Shown here piece by piece: positions 29,988 to 32,676 of a stretch of 32,676 nucleotides of DNA. Below the pieces are notes generated by a model. That model saw only the letters and a list, made by a program, of their open reading frames with translations, had not been told where the DNA came from and made no database searches. The DNA is from Macrostomum lignano. Its lineage: Eukaryota. Positions within the stretch are counted from its first letter, which is position 1; the number at the start of each line of letters is the position of its first letter. The stretch spans positions 1 through 32,676 of the forward strand of contig NIVC01004872.1 in the NCBI GenBank assembly GCA_002269645.1. The letters run 5' to 3'. The translations under genes and the position numbers were made by a program.

Positions 29988-30642
29988 GATCCCACTGCTC
30001 ACATCTCTGATCCCACTGCTCACATCTCTGATCCCACTGCTCACATCTCTGATCCCACTGCTCGCATCTCTGATCCCACTGCTCACATCTCTGATCCCAC
30101 TGCTCACATCTCTGATCCTACTGCTCACATCTCTGATCCCACTGCTCACATCTCTGATCCCACTGCTCACAGCTCTGATCCCACTGCTCACATATCTGAT
30201 CCCACTGCTCACATTTCTGATCCCACTGCTCACATCTCTGATCCACTGCTTACACCTGTGATCCCACTGCTCACATCTGTGATCCCACTGCTCACATCTC
30301 TGATCCCACTGCTCAAATCTCTGATACCACTGCTCACATCTGTGATCCCACTGCTCACATCTCTGATCCCACTGCTCACATCTCTGATCCCACTGTTCAC
30401 ATCTCTGATCCCACTGCTCACATCTCTGATCCCACTGCTCGCATCTCTGATCCCACTGCTGACATCTCTGATCCCACTGCTGACATCTCTGATCCCACTG
30501 CTCACATCTCTGATTCCACTGCTCGCATCTCTGATCCCACTGCTCACATCTCTGATCCCACTGCTCACATCTCTGATCCCAGTGCTCATATCTCTGATCC
30601 CACTGCTCACATCTCTGATCCCAGTGCTCATATCTCTGATCC
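29988..30642 (+). repeat. 21-bp satellite array upstream (5') of the GPCR
   Basis: About 31 units of TGATCCCACTGCTCACATCTC, the same unit and orientation as 25893-26830. It begins about 46 bp from the ATG. Confidence 0.97.
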
Positions 30643-31627
30643 TTATTAATGTTGAGATACGAGCGAAAAATATCATTTTCCATGCTTTCAATTTAATAAC
30701 GCAACAAGCTGCAGTTCAGAAAATTTGTTTGTATTTCCAAATCTCCTTCGATCTCTTTCTACGAGATGTAATCGAAAGCTCCAGATGATGACCAGCGAAA
30801 ACTGGATTGATGATGAAGAGCAAGGACTTGTGAATCATCCAGAATTGTTTTGATCTTCTTTCAGAAAGCTTCACTCTTATCGAATTCATTGTATTCCTGC
30901 TTTCAGTGCGTTCAGTTCGAGCTAATGGTCTACTGCAATATTATAATGACTGCATGAATACAACTGGCTCTATATTCTCTCTAACAGTGTCAGTGCCAGT
31001 CAGTAAAGAGCAGCCACATTGAGCCGCAATCTCTCTTCTCTCTGTGTCAGCCGTATCTTTCAGGCACTTACAACTTACAACTACATAAATATGATTGATT
31101 GAGCAGTTCTCATTCCTAATAATTCCTTGTTTATCTCTTATCCTTGTCGGAAACACTTGAAGCCGACTGTGCCACCCGGGCATGCAAAACACGCGCACTT
31201 ATCACAGGTAGCAGCCATACCTGTAACACTATTGCACTGGCAGCAGATCTGGAAGCGCGGCTCTCGGTTCCTGTCGAATTTATGACCGGTACGCTCCGCG
31301 GGGTGGATCGAGGGAAGCGATATAAAACTCCGGGAGAATGGGGAACCAAAACAAGGCAAAGTGCACCGGTGCAGCGGATCAGTAAATAGATGGGATGCAG
31401 CGGCCTAAGCGTGACGCCCCAGCTTAAAGTCCCGGTTTATCGGGCATCAACAGCGGGTCACGCCGGTGTCAAGTCAAAGAAATGCACAGCCATTCGGTAG
31501 AATAATGAAAACAAAACATTGCCGAAAGCAGACAGCCGACAGATCATAAAAAGTACAACGCCTACAATAAGCTTGGAACTCTCGCTAGACCTTGCTGGAA
31601 ACTTTGCTTTATTTTTTCTTTTTTCTG

Positions 31628-31900
31628 GGATCAGAGAGCTCAGAAAGAGATCAGAGAGAGATCAGAGAGATCAGAGAGATCAGAGAGATCAGAGAGGTCA
31701 GAGAGGTCAGAGAGGTCAGAGAGGTCAGAGAGATCAGAGAGGTCAGAGAGGTCAGAGAGGTCAGAGAGGTCAGAGAGGTCAGAGAGGTCAGAGAGGTCAG
31801 AGAGGTCAGAGAGGTCAGAGAGATCAGAGAGAGAGATAGATCAGAGACCAGACAAAGATCAGAGAGAGATCCGAGAGATATAGATATCAGAGAAGTATCA
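31628..31900 (+). repeat. 9-bp minisatellite (CAGAGAG[G/A]T)
   Basis: Repeating GATCAGAGA / GGTCAGAGA, decaying at both ends. Confidence 0.9.
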
Positions 31901-32373
31901 GAGAAACCAAAGAAGAATCAAAGGAAATCAATGGCTGAGAAGGAAAAGCAGGGGCAGTGGAGCCTGCAATGCTTTAGATGGCCACCAGTTAGAAGGGAAA
32001 CAAGGCTCGAGGCCAAAAAGGTGAGCCAACAGCAACGATGCTTCAAGAATACGACTAAAAGAGAGAGGGGGGCAAACCCTGGATAGCGGATCTGTGAAGG
32101 TGAAACTGTAGGTGATGTAGCAGCGATCGGCCATGGCTAGAAAATCAGAGAAAGAGACAGATGGGGCTCGCCAGTCCGGCAGACACTGGAGTGCGCTCCA
32201 GTGGTTCCGCTTTAGTTGCCGGGCAACTTCCAGCCTATGTGGCTCTTCCGTTGAAGGTTTGAAAAATGCGCTTGACAGAAATGCGGGCCTGTCAGACAGC
32301 GGATTAAGGGTTGAGAGCAGCTGACGGATGATGGCGCTGCTGCTGCAGTTTCAGGCCCAGAAAACTGCACTCA

Positions 32374-32521
32374 ACTGACTGACTGACTGACTGACTGACT
32401 GACTGAGACTGACTGACTGACTGACGCTGACTGACTGACTGACTGACTGACTGACTGACTGACTGACTGACTGACTGACTGACTGACTGACTGACTGACT
32501 GACTGACTGACTGACTGACTG
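32374..32521 (+). repeat. (CTGA)n tetranucleotide microsatellite
   Basis: About 36 CTGA units with 2 interruptions. It explains the SQSV pseudo-ORFs. Confidence 0.97.
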
Positions 32522-32676
32522 GATAATATTGTCTCACCTGTTGATTTTAGCAAAAAGGCGATTGTCTCTTCCTTCTTTGAAAGTTGTGCGCGATTCCAAA
32601 GCTATAGATATGTTTGTATGAAAAACAGAGAGTGCCCTTTTATAGACACTGTTTACTGTGCGCCAGGGAGACTTTG

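Noticed and set aside
25893-30642. CRISPR-like regular repeats
   Set aside because: The units are contiguous with no unique spacers, there are no cas genes, and the context is eukaryotic.
30785-30890. C/D-box snoRNA (two GATGATGA motifs)
   Set aside because: There is no properly placed CTGA D-box or terminal stem, and it is not in an identified host intron.

Overview
Eukaryotic (metazoan) genomic DNA with spliceosomal introns, GC-rich exons and many micro/minisatellites. The gene style is most consistent with a free-living flatworm such as Macrostomum, but that is inference and cannot be proven from this window. Four protein-coding genes are supported. (1) A secreted phospholipase B1-like GDSL/SGNH lipase on the minus strand; 5 exons are visible and the rest is not recognisable inside the window. 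(2) A complete 4-exon 14-3-3 gene (251 aa). (3) A 7-exon P2X ATP-gated channel with all family signatures, broken by two clear and one probable single-base deletions that look like assembly errors. (4) A 2-exon rhodopsin-class orphan GPCR (382 aa, minus strand) with a GC-AG intron. This GPCR is sandwiched between two direct arrays of one 21-bp satellite and carries an inverted, related 15-bp satellite in its intron. Intergenic and intronic DNA holds a decayed mariner, a hAT MITE with a perfect 8-bp TSD, a 1.4-kb TIR element with shuffled internal modules, two inverted hAT-derived fragments, a tRNA-derived CORE-like SINE, an unclassified palindrome-rich element and about 12 tandem arrays. No prokaryotic-type system, CRISPR array, rRNA or true tRNA is supported. 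I cannot claim a clearly new biological system. The strongest leads are the satellite-embedded GPCR cassette and the modular TIR element.
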